DNA from: a virus
Strand: one strand, 5' to 3'
DNA: 64,000 nucleotides
Virus record (IMG/VR): IMGVR_UViG_3300027741_000030
Location: 51,656-115,655 of that record
The notes beneath the pieces are model-generated. The model had not been told where the DNA came from. It searched no databases and saw only the letters and a program-made list of their open reading frames with translations. Shown piece by piece: positions 39,232 to 49,659 of the stretch (its first letter is position 1; every line of letters begins with the position of its first letter). Position numbers and translations under genes: made by a program.

Positions 39232-40490
39232 ATACAGAAGCTACATTAATTTCTGCTGTTTGTAAAAACAAAGATATCAGCACACTATTGGCAGATAACG
39301 TAGATGATTTATTTACCTCTCATAAAGACATTTGGGAAGGTCTTAAGTCATACTATTATAAATTTAAAGCTGTTCCAGAGGTAGGAATTCTTCAAGAAAA
39401 GTTTAAAGACTTTGAGCCAGTAGATACAAAAGCAGAGACAGGCTACTACCTAGATACATTAAAGAATGAATTTTTATCTGCAAAACTAAAGAATATACTT
39501 TTAAAAAGTGGGTCTGCATTAAAAGAAGATGCTGCCTCTAGAGTTCTTGAGCAAATGCAAAGCCAGCTAGCTAGCTTAAGTAGATTTACAAACAATGTAC
39601 GAGACTTAGATATTACAGATGCAGATGCAGCAATTAGGCATATGGAGTTGTTACGTGTTAGGTCTGCCGAAATGGGAGGATCTCCAGGCATCAAGACGGG
39701 CTTTGAGGCTATTGATTTAGCATATCCAACAGGTATGGCTCCAGGCCACCTGATTGTTGCTATTGGTTGGCCAGGCCGTGGTAAGACATGGTTTACCTCA
39801 TACCTTGCATGCAAAGCATGGGAGCAAGGATTTAAGCCAATGATTGTTTCTCTTGAAATGTCTCCAGAAAATATGCGTGACCGTATTTACACCATGCTAG
39901 GCTCTGGATTATTTAAGGCTTCTGATTTTTCAAAGGGCAATATTAATATAGATGATTTTCGTTCTTGGTCACAGAAGAAGTTTGAAAATAAGAACAGCTT
40001 TATTTTAATTTCAAATGAAGGAAATACTGAAGTTACTCCAGCAACTATTCAGGGTAAAATAGATCAGCATAAGCCAGACTTAGTTATTCTTGATTACCAC
40101 CAGCTATTTAATGATAACAAGCGAAGCAATTCTGAAGTTGAGCGTAACCGAAATGTTTCTCGTGAATTTAAGATGCTAGCGGTATCTAATAATATTCCAA
40201 TTATTGATATTACAGCAGCAACTGCAGACGATGTTTCAGACCAAGATAACCCACCAATGATGTCTCAAGTTGCCTGGTCAAAGGCAATTGAGTATGATGC
40301 AGACATGGCTATGGCTGTACATAGATACCCAGGTACAAATATGATTGAGATTGTATCACGCAAGAATCGACATGGACACGAGTTTGGTTTATACTTAGAT
40401 TGGGATATCAACAGGGGTATCGTCAAAGAAATTTATGAGAATCCATTCCAAAATAATGAATCACAAACCAATCAAAAGATTTCAAATTAG
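39228..40490 (+). CDS. dnaB: Replicative DNA helicase (DnaB-like)
   Basis: Walker A GWPGRGKT, SLEMS, LVILDY, IEYDAD, KNRHG. Confidence 0.92.
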   Translation: MNTEATLISAVCKNKDISTLLADNVDDLFTSHKDIWEGLKSYYYKFKAVPEVGILQEKFKDFEPVDTKAETGYYLDTLKNEFLSAKLKNILLKSGSALKEDAASRVLEQMQSQLASLSRFTNNVRDLDITDADAAIRHMELLRVRSAEMGGSPGIKTGFEAIDLAYPTGMAPGHLIVAIGWPGRGKTWFTSYLACKAWEQGFKPMIVSLEMSPENMRDRIYTMLGSGLFKASDFSKGNINIDDFRSWSQKKFENKNSFILISNEGNTEVTPATIQGKIDQHKPDLVILDYHQLFNDNKRSNSEVERNRNVSREFKMLAVSNNIPIIDITAATADDVSDQDNPPMMSQVAWSKAIEYDADMAMAVHRYPGTNMIEIVSRKNRHGHEFGLYLDWDINRGIVKEIYENPFQNNESQTNQKISN

Positions 40491-40746
40491 AGTTGAATTT
40501 CTAGACGACTCTGATATTATTCGAATTAAGCATCAATACGAAAGTATGCTTACGCATCAGATGAGAGATAAAGGATATCTTAGGGTACTTGACATAGATA
40601 CCAACTTTTCGGTAGAATTTGACGGTACAACATGGGTGTTCTTAATGACACTCTATGGAACATATGTGGGAAAGAAGAAAGCATGGCAATCAGAAGCAAT
40701 TACGCAAGGAAAGCTGATCCCACGCACTACGCTATCTCGCAAGTAA
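40456..40746 (+). CDS. Hypothetical protein
   Basis: Lies between helicase and primase; probable start MNHKPIK. Confidence 0.55.
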   Translation: MNHKPIKRFQIRVEFLDDSDIIRIKHQYESMLTHQMRDKGYLRVLDIDTNFSVEFDGTTWVFLMTLYGTYVGKKKAWQSEAITQGKLIPRTTLSRK

Positions 40747-41675
40747 AAGCAATTGTAAAAGCTTTAGGGCTTCATGAAACTTCAGAAGCAAATAATAATT
40801 TACTTCTATATTGTCCTTTTCATTCCAATAGACATACTGCAAGCTTTAGCATTAGCTGCGAAAATGGAGCATGGCTATGCTATAACCCAGCATGCGGAGA
40901 GTCTGGTAATTTAGTTGAGCTTGTTAAAAGAATACTACACAAAAATGATTTTGAAGCACTAAGGTTTATTGCAGCTAAGCAAAACGAAACTCTAGAAAAT
41001 TTTGATGAACTTCTTGAAGGCATAATAGAAGATAAGCCAGAATTTGAAAAGTTTCCTGAAGAAACTCTTGTAAAGCTTTCTAATGAGTTAGCTTCGACAC
41101 AAGAAGGAAAAGATTATTTTAAGTCTAGAGGCATAGAGCAGCAATCAATTATTGACTTTAATTTAGGCTACTCTAAAAATATGGGAATGGTAACTGTCCC
41201 AGTGCATAGCCCAGACGGAGTTGCTATTGGAATTGTCGGTAGATCAATCGAAGGAAAGTCATTTAAAAATAGTACAAATTTACCTAAAAGCAAAACAATG
41301 TTTAATATACATCGTGCTAAAAAAATTGGCAGCAATGTAATAGTAGTTGAGTCTAGCTTTGATGCGATACGTGTTCACCAGGCTGGATTTCCAAATGTTG
41401 TAGCAACACTTGGAGGATCTTTGTCGTCAGAGCAGCAAAGGCTCCTAAATAAATATTTCAGCACAATCGTTATAATGACTGATGCTGATGAAGCTGGTCG
41501 TGAGCTTGGACTAAGTATTGCAAATAGATTAAATGCAAAAGATATCTTGTGGGCTTCTTATGATTATGGTAAGATATACCCTCATGACGCAAAAGATGTA
41601 GGAGATATGACAGAAGAAGAGATACAGAAATGTATTAAAAATTCTGTATCTCATATTGAATATGTCAGTTGGTAA
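40683..41675 (+). CDS. dnaG: DNA primase (CHC2 zinc finger + TOPRIM)
   Basis: CPFH...CYNPAC; VVESSFDA; MTDADEAG; KDVGD. Confidence 0.9.
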   Translation: MAIRSNYARKADPTHYAISQVKAIVKALGLHETSEANNNLLLYCPFHSNRHTASFSISCENGAWLCYNPACGESGNLVELVKRILHKNDFEALRFIAAKQNETLENFDELLEGIIEDKPEFEKFPEETLVKLSNELASTQEGKDYFKSRGIEQQSIIDFNLGYSKNMGMVTVPVHSPDGVAIGIVGRSIEGKSFKNSTNLPKSKTMFNIHRAKKIGSNVIVVESSFDAIRVHQAGFPNVVATLGGSLSSEQQRLLNKYFSTIVIMTDADEAGRELGLSIANRLNAKDILWASYDYGKIYPHDAKDVGDMTEEEIQKCIKNSVSHIEYVSW

Positions 41676-41733
41676 TGCTATACTAATAATACAGATGGAT
41701 CTATACCATCGACTATATAAATAAGGAGATACA

Positions 41734-42405
41734 ATGGGTATCGTTAAAGGACTAAAAGACCTAAATAAGGTTATGGATGCACCGCAACACTCAGGCGGAG
41801 ACGGAGTGAAAGCACGTTGGGCGAAGCTAGAAGATGCAGAAAGCGTAAAGGTTCGTTTTCTTCAAGAGCTTGATCCAGATTCACCAACATACAACGAAAA
41901 AGCTGGACTTGGTTTTATTGCAGTAGAACACACCAATCCAAAAGACTATCGTCGCAAGGCACTTTGCACAATGGAGGATCAAGGCAAATGTTACGGTTGC
42001 GAACAACACAGAAAAGATTACAAGGCAGGATGGAAGGGTCGTTCAAGACTTTACATCAATGTACTAATTGATGATGGAAAAGAAGATCCATATGTTGCAA
42101 TTCTTTCACAGGGTTCAAGCGGAAAAACAATTACGCCAACTTTAATTGAATATGCAGGAGAAATGGGATCAATCACAAATCTAATGTGGCGTGTTAAGCG
42201 TTCAGGAACAAAGACTGATACAAGCTACACAATTATTCCACTTGCAAAAGATGAATCACCATTTGATTCATCATCACTTGAACTGTACGATTTAGAAACA
42301 ACTGCAGTTCGTGATCTACCATACACTGAGCAAGAATCATTCTTCGCTGGTGAAGGCGGACATACAGAAGAAGCTTCTGCATCAAGCAGCAGCGTAGACT
42401 GGTAA
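41734..42405 (+). CDS. Single-stranded DNA-binding protein (gp32-like)
   Basis: VKVRFL...C..CYGC...; acidic tail ending in W; AAGGAG SD; extended -10 at 41676. Confidence 0.7.
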   Translation: MGIVKGLKDLNKVMDAPQHSGGDGVKARWAKLEDAESVKVRFLQELDPDSPTYNEKAGLGFIAVEHTNPKDYRRKALCTMEDQGKCYGCEQHRKDYKAGWKGRSRLYINVLIDDGKEDPYVAILSQGSSGKTITPTLIEYAGEMGSITNLMWRVKRSGTKTDTSYTIIPLAKDESPFDSSSLELYDLETTAVRDLPYTEQESFFAGEGGHTEEASASSSSVDW

Positions 42406-42416
42406 ATTAAATAGTT

Positions 42417-42449
42417 AGGGGCAGTCTATTGACTGCCCCTATTCTATTT
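42417..42449 (+). terminator. Hairpin terminator after ssb
   Basis: AGGGGCAGTC-TATT-GACTGCCCCT followed by ATTCTATTT. Confidence 0.75.
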
Positions 42450-42463
42450 GATAGAATGACATC

Positions 42464-42667
42464 ATGATTTCATATGATATTCCAGATCCTTTTGAAACAT
42501 TTGTAGCTAAAAAATATGCTAAAGCTAAAGGCTATGTATATGATTTTTTTGGTAGAGAATGGCATTATAAATGTACATGCAATGAAATACTATATGGTCC
42601 AACAAGAAAAACTATGACTAAGATAAGACTTTATCATACAAGAAACGAATGCACAGGCGGATACTAA
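42464..42667 (+). CDS. Small hypothetical protein (possible Zn-binding)
   Basis: CxC...H...C; TAATG-coupled to dnaE. Confidence 0.5.
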   Translation: MISYDIPDPFETFVAKKYAKAKGYVYDFFGREWHYKCTCNEILYGPTRKTMTKIRLYHTRNECTGGY

Positions 42668-45600
42668 TGAGTTTTACACACCTACATGTTCATTCATACT
42701 ACTCATTAATGGATGGGCTAAATTCGCCTAAAGAATTATGTCAGGCAGCATTAGATGCGGGACAAACAGCAATTGCAATCACAGACCATGGAACATTGTC
42801 ATCTCATCGTGATATGCAAATTGCAGCAAAAGAATTAGGAATAAAACCAATACTTGGAGTAGAAGCGTACATTTCGCCTACAGATAGATTTGATCGCTCC
42901 TCTAAAACAGATAAATCAATTCAGGCATACAATCACATCATACTTCTTGCAAAAAATAAGAAGGGCCTAGAAAATATAAATATTTTACAGGAGCTGGCAT
43001 GGAACGAAGGTTTTTATCATAAGCCTCGTATTGATAGAGAGGTTTTAAATGATTATAGCGAAGGTATTATCGTTCTTAGCGGATGTCTTAATGGACTCAT
43101 TAGTAAGGCTATCGATAAAGGTAACATGGAGGAAGCAGAACTTCTTCTCAAAAGCTTTAAACAAACTTTCGGACAAGATTTTTACGTGGAAGTGCAATCA
43201 CATAACCCTGTGGAGATCAACTCTGCCCTTCTAGAATTAGCAGATAAACTTGGAATTAAAGCGGTGGCAACAGGAGATGCTCACTTTGCTAAAGAAGAAG
43301 ATAGAATCCTAGAAGAAGCATTATTGATTCTATCAACATCTCCTAAGTTTGATAAAGATGCTGACTTTGATATGTCTAGAAATATGAAAGATATGTTAGA
43401 TAGATTTAATTATCTTTATTCTGACCGTAAAATTTCATTTCAAGGTATGAATTTATTTATTCAAAGCCGTTCTGAGATAGAGGCAGACTTTAATAAATCT
43501 GGAATTAATAGAACAGACATCTATGATAATACAATGGAAATTGCAGACAAGATAGGAGAATATGACTTCTATCAGGGATTAGACCTACTGCCAGTTCCTA
43601 AAACAGATGCCGATGAAAGGCTTAGGGAGTTGGCTGAAAATGGCTTAGATAGGCTTCAGAAGGCTTCTGACCCTGCGTACATTAATAGACTTAACGAAGA
43701 GCTATCTATTATTGCTAAGAAAAACTTTGCTTCATACTTCTTGGTGGTGGGAGATATGATTAATTGGGCTAAAGAAAATGATATTCGTGTTGGTCCTGGC
43801 CGTGGCTCAGCTGCTGGATCATTGGTTTGCTATGCCTTGGGAATTACAGATGTAGATCCAATTGAATATAACCTATTGTTTTTTAGATTTATTAATGAAG
43901 AGCGTAATGACTTTCCAGATATTGACACCGACTTCGAAGACCGTCGCCGCAAAGAAGTTAAGGATTATTTAAAGAAAAAGTTTAAGCATGTGGCATCAAT
44001 TTCAACATACACTTATTTTAAAGATAAGGGTGTGGTTAGAGATGCTGCTCGTGTATTTATGGTTCCGCTTCAAGAAGTAAACCGTGCATTAAAAACTGTT
44101 GATACATTTGAAGACTTTATTGATTCTCCAAATACAAAAGAGTTTAGAATGAAATACCCAGAGGTAGTTTGGCTTGCAGATAGGTTGCGTGGAAGAATTC
44201 GTTCAGTTGGAGTTCATGCTGCAGGTGTTGTAGTTGCTAAAGATGACTTAAGAAAGTTTGCCCCAGTAGAGTCTCGTGAAGATTCACAAGATAAAGTGTC
44301 TGGAAGAATTCCTGTTGTTGCATACGATATGGATACAGTTGCGGATATTGGCCTAATCAAGCTAGATGCTTTGGGACTTAAGACATTGTCTGTAATCTCG
44401 GACACACTAAAATCAATTAAGGAAAGAACAGGTAAAGAGATTGACCTTTCAAAACTTTCACTTGATGATCCAAAGGTTTATCAGATGCTCAGTGATGGGT
44501 ATACAAAGGGAGTTTTTCAAGCAGAAGCAACCCCATACACAAACTTATTGATTAAGATGGGTGTAGACAAGTTTGAAGATCTTGCTGCTTCTAATGCTCT
44601 TGTGAGACCAGGTGCGATGAATACAGTAGGTGCTTCTTATATAAATAGAAAAAATGGAAATGAGGCAGTTGACTTTAGCCACACTATCATGAAGCCGTTT
44701 ACCGAGAACACATATGGTGTTATTATATATCAAGAGCAAGTTATGCAGGCATGCGTACACTTGGGCGGTATGACTTGGGCAGAGGCTGATAAGGTCCGCA
44801 AGATTATTGGAAAGAAAAAAGATGCAAAAGAATTTGACCAGTTCAAGGATAAGTTTGTTACTGGGGCTTCAGAACACATTACTAAGAAAAAAGCAGAAGC
44901 GCTTTGGCACGATTTTGAAGCGCATGCTGGTTATTCTTTTAACCGTTCCCATGCTGTTGCTTACTCTATGCTTAGTTACTATACTGCTTGGCTTAAGTTT
45001 TATTATCCACTTGAGTTCATGTTTTCAATTCTTAAAAATGAAAATGACAAAGACGCAAGAACAGAATATTTGATTGAGTCAAAAAGACTTGGCCTTAAGG
45101 TATTGCTTCCACATATTAATGAATCAGAGCTATACTTTTCATTACAAAAAGATTCTATTCGATTTGGTTTAGCTGAAGTAAAGTTTATTTCAGATAGCAT
45201 TGCAAACAAAATAATAGAAAGAAGACCTTACAGTGATTATGCTGATTTTATTGAGAAGGCATCGAAAAAAGGTTCTGGCATTAATAGCCGTGCTGTTACT
45301 GCTCTTAACGCCATCGGCGGTGCTGCGTTTCCTGATAACAAAAGGCAAGGAAACGAAAAAGACAATTACTACGAATACTTAGGAATACCAACATTTAATC
45401 TTGAGGGCATTCCCCCTAGAATTAAAGCTCAGGCTAGACCAATCAATGAGTTTGATGACCTAGGTTCGTTCGTTATGTTTGGAATGGTTAAGTCTATTAA
45501 GCGAGGTAATGGCTGGGCTAGAGTTGAGCTTGTTGATGAAAGCGGAACAGTTGGACTATTTCACACAGAACAAACTCAAATTGAAACAAATCAAATGTAT

Positions 45601-45936
45601 TTTATTCTAGTAGGAGATAATCGTATTGCTAGATACATTAAGGTTTCTGACATTGATCCAAAATCAGATGATCTATTTATTGATTACCTATATAGAAAAG
45701 AATATGATCTTGAAGAAGATGAGTATATTGTAGTAAACTTTACTCCATATACTACAAAAGCTGGAAAACAAATGAGTCATATTGTGTTGTCTAATAAGAA
45801 AAAAGAGCTTACTAGAGCTATTGCTTTTCCAGCTCTGTATAAAATGACTCTTGCAAAAATGCGAGAGGGAATGAAGTGCAAGGTTGTGTTATCTAAACTA
45901 GATGACGGAACATTAAGTATAAAGGAGATAAAATGA
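42667..45936 (+). CDS. dnaE: DNA polymerase III alpha subunit
   Basis: PHP motifs HLHVHSYYSLMDG, TDHG, DAH; GPGRGSAAGS; PDIDTDF; HAAGVV; KLDALGL; YSFNRSH. Confidence 0.97.
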   Translation: MSFTHLHVHSYYSLMDGLNSPKELCQAALDAGQTAIAITDHGTLSSHRDMQIAAKELGIKPILGVEAYISPTDRFDRSSKTDKSIQAYNHIILLAKNKKGLENINILQELAWNEGFYHKPRIDREVLNDYSEGIIVLSGCLNGLISKAIDKGNMEEAELLLKSFKQTFGQDFYVEVQSHNPVEINSALLELADKLGIKAVATGDAHFAKEEDRILEEALLILSTSPKFDKDADFDMSRNMKDMLDRFNYLYSDRKISFQGMNLFIQSRSEIEADFNKSGINRTDIYDNTMEIADKIGEYDFYQGLDLLPVPKTDADERLRELAENGLDRLQKASDPAYINRLNEELSIIAKKNFASYFLVVGDMINWAKENDIRVGPGRGSAAGSLVCYALGITDVDPIEYNLLFFRFINEERNDFPDIDTDFEDRRRKEVKDYLKKKFKHVASISTYTYFKDKGVVRDAARVFMVPLQEVNRALKTVDTFEDFIDSPNTKEFRMKYPEVVWLADRLRGRIRSVGVHAAGVVVAKDDLRKFAPVESREDSQDKVSGRIPVVAYDMDTVADIGLIKLDALGLKTLSVISDTLKSIKERTGKEIDLSKLSLDDPKVYQMLSDGYTKGVFQAEATPYTNLLIKMGVDKFEDLAASNALVRPGAMNTVGASYINRKNGNEAVDFSHTIMKPFTENTYGVIIYQEQVMQACVHLGGMTWAEADKVRKIIGKKKDAKEFDQFKDKFVTGASEHITKKKAEALWHDFEAHAGYSFNRSHAVAYSMLSYYTAWLKFYYPLEFMFSILKNENDKDARTEYLIESKRLGLKVLLPHINESELYFSLQKDSIRFGLAEVKFISDSIANKIIERRPYSDYADFIEKASKKGSGINSRAVTALNAIGGAAFPDNKRQGNEKDNYYEYLGIPTFNLEGIPPRIKAQARPINEFDDLGSFVMFGMVKSIKRGNGWARVELVDESGTVGLFHTEQTQIETNQMYFILVGDNRIARYIKVSDIDPKSDDLFIDYLYRKEYDLEEDEYIVVNFTPYTTKAGKQMSHIVLSNKKKELTRAIAFPALYKMTLAKMREGMKCKVVLSKLDDGTLSIKEIK

Positions 45937-46160
45937 CAGAAGAAGTAAAAGTTTCTACAGCAGAAGAAGTTTTTGGTTCGCTCAGCGTTCCTAAAATTCT
46001 AATTGCCACTTTGCAAATGCTGGGAGAAATCGTTGTTCCAACAGATTTATTTTTAAATGCAGGAACAGAAGATCAAGAGCTTGAGGTTGATTATAATTCT
46101 GATAATCAAACATTTACATTTAAGTTAAAGGAAAATAATGTACGAGAAGAAAATATCTAA
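45933..46160 (+). CDS. Hypothetical protein
   Basis: ATGA overlap with dnaE; AAGGAG SD. Confidence 0.55.
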   Translation: MTEEVKVSTAEEVFGSLSVPKILIATLQMLGEIVVPTDLFLNAGTEDQELEVDYNSDNQTFTFKLKENNVREENI

Positions 46161-46551
46161 AAAAATATTGGGTAGACATAAGCCAGAAGAGCGTAGACAT
46201 AAGCCAGAAGAGCCTAGAATGGTTACTGATTATGGCCTAGACGCACTGGCTGCAATATTGCATGAAACTGCAATTGAAAAGGGATTCTGGGATGGACCTA
46301 AAAATTTCGATGTGTTTGGAAATAAGATTGCTCTTATTCATTCAGAGGCAACAGAAGTTCTTGAGGCAGTTAGAAAAAACAAAGGTTCTGAATCTATTGT
46401 TGAAGAAATGTCAGACATTTTAATTAGAACTCTTGATCTATATGCAGCCATGAGAAACGCTGGCTTTGTAACAGATAGTTTGGATGAAATATTATCAAAT
46501 AAAATGAATAAGAATAGGTCACGTCCAAAGCTTCACGGCAATTTGTTTTAA
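46138..46551 (+). CDS. MazG-like nucleotide pyrophosphohydrolase
   Basis: IALIHSEATEVLEA...EEMSDILIRTLD...KMNKNRSRP. True start may be 46219. Confidence 0.75.
   Translation: MYEKKISKKILGRHKPEERRHKPEEPRMVTDYGLDALAAILHETAIEKGFWDGPKNFDVFGNKIALIHSEATEVLEAVRKNKGSESIVEEMSDILIRTLDLYAAMRNAGFVTDSLDEILSNKMNKNRSRPKLHGNLF
46172..46213 (+). repeat. 21-bp perfect tandem duplication
   Basis: GTAGACATAAGCCAGAAGAGC x2. Confidence 0.9.
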
Positions 46552-46579
46552 TGATATACTATAACAAAGAGAGAGATCA

Positions 46580-47584
46580 ATGACTATAACAATAGATAAT
46601 ATTCTAGCAGGACTAGATCCAAAAACAAGAGCACGAGTTCAATCTGCACAAAATGTAAAAGTTAAAAAACAAGTAACTCCCAGCATTGGCCTTAATATGG
46701 CTTTAAAAGGTGGTCTTGGATATGGCAGACAAGTACTTGTATGGGGAAATAAATCTGCTGGCAAGTCTTCGTTTTGTTTGCAGATGATAGCCCTTGCACA
46801 GCAAGAAGGCAAAACATGCGCTTGGATTGATGCAGAAGCATCATATGATCAGTCGTGGGCAGAGAGTTTAGGAGTAGATTCTTCTTCCCTTATTTACTCA
46901 CCAGCAAAAACTGTTAATGATATGGTTGATGTTGCAACAAAGCTAATGGATGCTGGTGTTGATATTATAGTTGTTGATTCAATCTCTGCGTTATTGCCAG
47001 CAATTTATTTTGAAAAAGACGGAAATGAAATGAAAAATTTGCAAGACACAAAGCAAATCGGAGCAGAAGCAAAGGATATGACTCATGCAGTCAAAATGTT
47101 AAATTATGCAAACAAAAACACACTATTGGTTCTCATCTCACAGCAAAGAAATCAGTTTGGATCTATGCATGCCTCCCACATCCCGACAGGAGGTATGGCA
47201 GTTAAGTTCTTCTCTTCCACTGTCATTAAATTATGGTCTTCAGAAGCTGAAGCTAATGCGATTAAAGCGGGCATTAAAGTTGGTGACAAGATCATTGAAC
47301 AAAGAGTTGGCAGGCCAGTCAATTGGATTATTGATTACAACAAGCTCGGCCCCCCTAATCTTTCAGGACAGTATGACTTCTACTACCAAGGAGAATCATT
47401 AGGGGTTGACAGAGTTGGAGAAACCCTTGATGTTGCAGAAATGGTTGGAGCTGTTGAAAAAGGCGGAGCATGGTATACAGTTAATGGAGAAAGACTACAG
47501 GGCAGAGCAAAAGCAGTTGCTTATCTTAGAGACAATCCAGAAGTTGTAGGCAAACTAATTGGAGAAATCAATGCCAAATCTTAA
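46580..47584 (+). CDS. recA: RecA-like recombinase
   Basis: GNKSAGKS, WIDAE, VVDSISAL, TGGMAVKF, GAWY. Confidence 0.93.
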   Translation: MTITIDNILAGLDPKTRARVQSAQNVKVKKQVTPSIGLNMALKGGLGYGRQVLVWGNKSAGKSSFCLQMIALAQQEGKTCAWIDAEASYDQSWAESLGVDSSSLIYSPAKTVNDMVDVATKLMDAGVDIIVVDSISALLPAIYFEKDGNEMKNLQDTKQIGAEAKDMTHAVKMLNYANKNTLLVLISQQRNQFGSMHASHIPTGGMAVKFFSSTVIKLWSSEAEANAIKAGIKVGDKIIEQRVGRPVNWIIDYNKLGPPNLSGQYDFYYQGESLGVDRVGETLDVAEMVGAVEKGGAWYTVNGERLQGRAKAVAYLRDNPEVVGKLIGEINAKS

Positions 47585-47762
47585 TGAGTTTTTGAATAAA
47601 GAAACAAAGGTAGCAAACGATTCTACATTTGAAAACCTTCCAGGAACAAGACCTTGCTCCAAATGTGAGATTGATGTAGATGGTGGGCTGTGGGATCCTA
47701 AGAATTTAATAATGAAATGGACGTGTCCGTCTGGACACGAGACTGTACACAGGTTTGGATAA
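47571..47762 (+). CDS. Zinc-ribbon protein
   Basis: CSKC...WTCPSGH; GGAG SD before ATG 47571. Confidence 0.6.
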   Translation: MPNLNEFLNKETKVANDSTFENLPGTRPCSKCEIDVDGGLWDPKNLIMKWTCPSGHETVHRFG

Positions 47763-48570
47763 TATTAAAATGGATAAGCTTGTTGTTGCCCCTCAAATTG
47801 TTGTTTATAAAAACATTTTTAAAAACTCCAAGGAACTTATAGAAAATCTTGATATAGATAGAGAAGACTCTCTGTTTGATGGGTGGAGACAGTGGTATCA
47901 GCAAGGTTTTAGAAAAGATGTGGTCTTTGATTTAAATGAAAATTACCCAGAGACACAGGAGTCTTTATACTTAAAAGAAGCTTGTGAAATTGTAAACTTT
48001 ATTAGACAAGATTATTTTAATGATTTTGAAAAAGATAAAGGTGTTTGGCCTACGTTTATTAATAATTGGGATTCTTTAAAAAAAACACAAGACATATTTT
48101 ATTTAGACTACTTCAGATATGTAAAAGAACAAAATCATTATTCTGATGAAAAACTATTAATGGAATACCATGTAGATGAATTTCCAGTAGTGAACGAAGC
48201 TAAGACAAGAAGACATGTTGTAACTATTAACTTTTATTTAAATAACGAATACACTGGGGGAGAGATATCTGCATATGACGCTATCTCAAATAAGATCTAT
48301 ACATATAAGCCACAACCAGGTGATGCGGTTGTAATGCCATCAACCGAGCCTTTCTATCATGGAGTAAAGGGATTTAAAGATGCAGACAGGTATTTTTTAA
48401 GATCATTTATAGATTATAGAATGGACTCTGAAGAAGAATGGGTTGCTAAATATAAGTTAAATCAATCTGATAGACACAAAGAAGTTCAGCAACACGAAGA
48501 CGATTATGTTTCAAAAGACTTGCAGATGATAACAGTGTCTTCAGCAGAAGAAGTTATAGTTGGTAATTAA
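47755..48570 (+). CDS. Fe(II)/2OG oxygenase
   Basis: YHVD, YLNNEYTGGEI, FYHGVK...RYFLR; resembles 6635..7462. Confidence 0.82.
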   Translation: MDNIKMDKLVVAPQIVVYKNIFKNSKELIENLDIDREDSLFDGWRQWYQQGFRKDVVFDLNENYPETQESLYLKEACEIVNFIRQDYFNDFEKDKGVWPTFINNWDSLKKTQDIFYLDYFRYVKEQNHYSDEKLLMEYHVDEFPVVNEAKTRRHVVTINFYLNNEYTGGEISAYDAISNKIYTYKPQPGDAVVMPSTEPFYHGVKGFKDADRYFLRSFIDYRMDSEEEWVAKYKLNQSDRHKEVQQHEDDYVSKDLQMITVSSAEEVIVGN

Positions 48571-48877
48571 TTTGTCAGAGAGATCAGAAGTTAAAAGAGA
48601 CGGTGCTAAAGCTCAAAAAAATAGTGGTAGGGGAGAATATCAAAAGGGTGACGCACAATGGAAACAATTTCTTGTTGATTATAAAGAAGCATCATCATCT
48701 TTTACTTTAAATAAACAGGTCTGGTCTAAAATATGCACAGACACATTTAAAGTTAATAGAGATATGCATCCAGCATTAAAGATAATAATAGGAAATGAGT
48801 CAAAGGTTAGACTTGGTATAATAGAGTGGACAATTTTAGAAGAGCTAATAGAATTTTGGGAGAAAAATAATGTATGA
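48560..48877 (+). CDS. Holliday junction resolvase-like PD-(D/E)XK nuclease
   Basis: NSGRG...KGDA...VDYKE...W.KI motif. Confidence 0.65.
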   Translation: MVINLSERSEVKRDGAKAQKNSGRGEYQKGDAQWKQFLVDYKEASSSFTLNKQVWSKICTDTFKVNRDMHPALKIIIGNESKVRLGIIEWTILEELIEFWEKNNV

Positions 48878-49562
48878 ACTAGATGTATATAAAGATAATA
48901 GCAGAATGCCAAGTGCAAAAATAAGACAGCTTAAAACAAAAAGAGACTGGATGCATGAGGTTACTTATAACTGTACACCAGTTACCTTGGTAAACACACT
49001 TGGATATGGTATATATTTTGAAGAAGACATAGCATTTTCTTGGGATGGAGATAGAAAAAATCCAGCTGAGGCAACCATAGGTAAACATCTAGTATGGTCT
49101 GGAAGAGGAGAGGGAACTGTAAGCTTTAATACAAATTTAATATTTAGAACAGATAAAGATGTTAGCATGCTTACACTTCCAGTCCCAAATCAATTTATTG
49201 AAGGGGCAGAGGTTATATCTACTATATTATCTACATCTTTGTTTACAGGAGCATTTCCAATAGTATGGAAGCTGCACCATCCAAACAAAGAATATGTTGT
49301 GCCAGCAGGAACAAATATAGCTTGCTTGCTTCCAATTTCAATCGCTCAATTTCAAAATTCAAATATAAATGTAATAGATAAAATTTTTGATCCATCAAAA
49401 AGAATTCAAGATAGACCAGAGTATCTTAAAAAAATTCAAGAGTACGTTGAACAAGGAAAAAGAATTAGAATGTATAAAAAAGCTATTAATGAAAATAATG
49501 AAAAAATTGGTGAGCACGAAGTTGAAAATTTAACAATGAATGTGACATATAAAAATGACTAG
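48870..49562 (+). CDS. DUF6065-like protein (paralogue of 4150..4860)
   Basis: KRDWM...YNCTPVTLVNTLGYGI...SGRGEGTVSFNT...LPVPN. Confidence 0.6.
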   Translation: MYELDVYKDNSRMPSAKIRQLKTKRDWMHEVTYNCTPVTLVNTLGYGIYFEEDIAFSWDGDRKNPAEATIGKHLVWSGRGEGTVSFNTNLIFRTDKDVSMLTLPVPNQFIEGAEVISTILSTSLFTGAFPIVWKLHHPNKEYVVPAGTNIACLLPISIAQFQNSNINVIDKIFDPSKRIQDRPEYLKKIQEYVEQGKRIRMYKKAINENNEKIGEHEVENLTMNVTYKND

Positions 49563-49659
49563 TTTATTTTTTGGAGTTATGATAGGATTCTCTATAGGTT
49601 ATCCATTAGGATTATTTATAGATCAACTAAACAAAAGGATTAAGAATGACAGAAGATAA
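49555..49659 (+). CDS. 34-aa single-TM protein (absent from ORF track)
   Basis: MTSLFFGVMIGFSIGYPLGLFIDQLNKRIKNDRR; overlaps both neighbours. Confidence 0.55.
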   Translation: MTSLFFGVMIGFSIGYPLGLFIDQLNKRIKNDRR

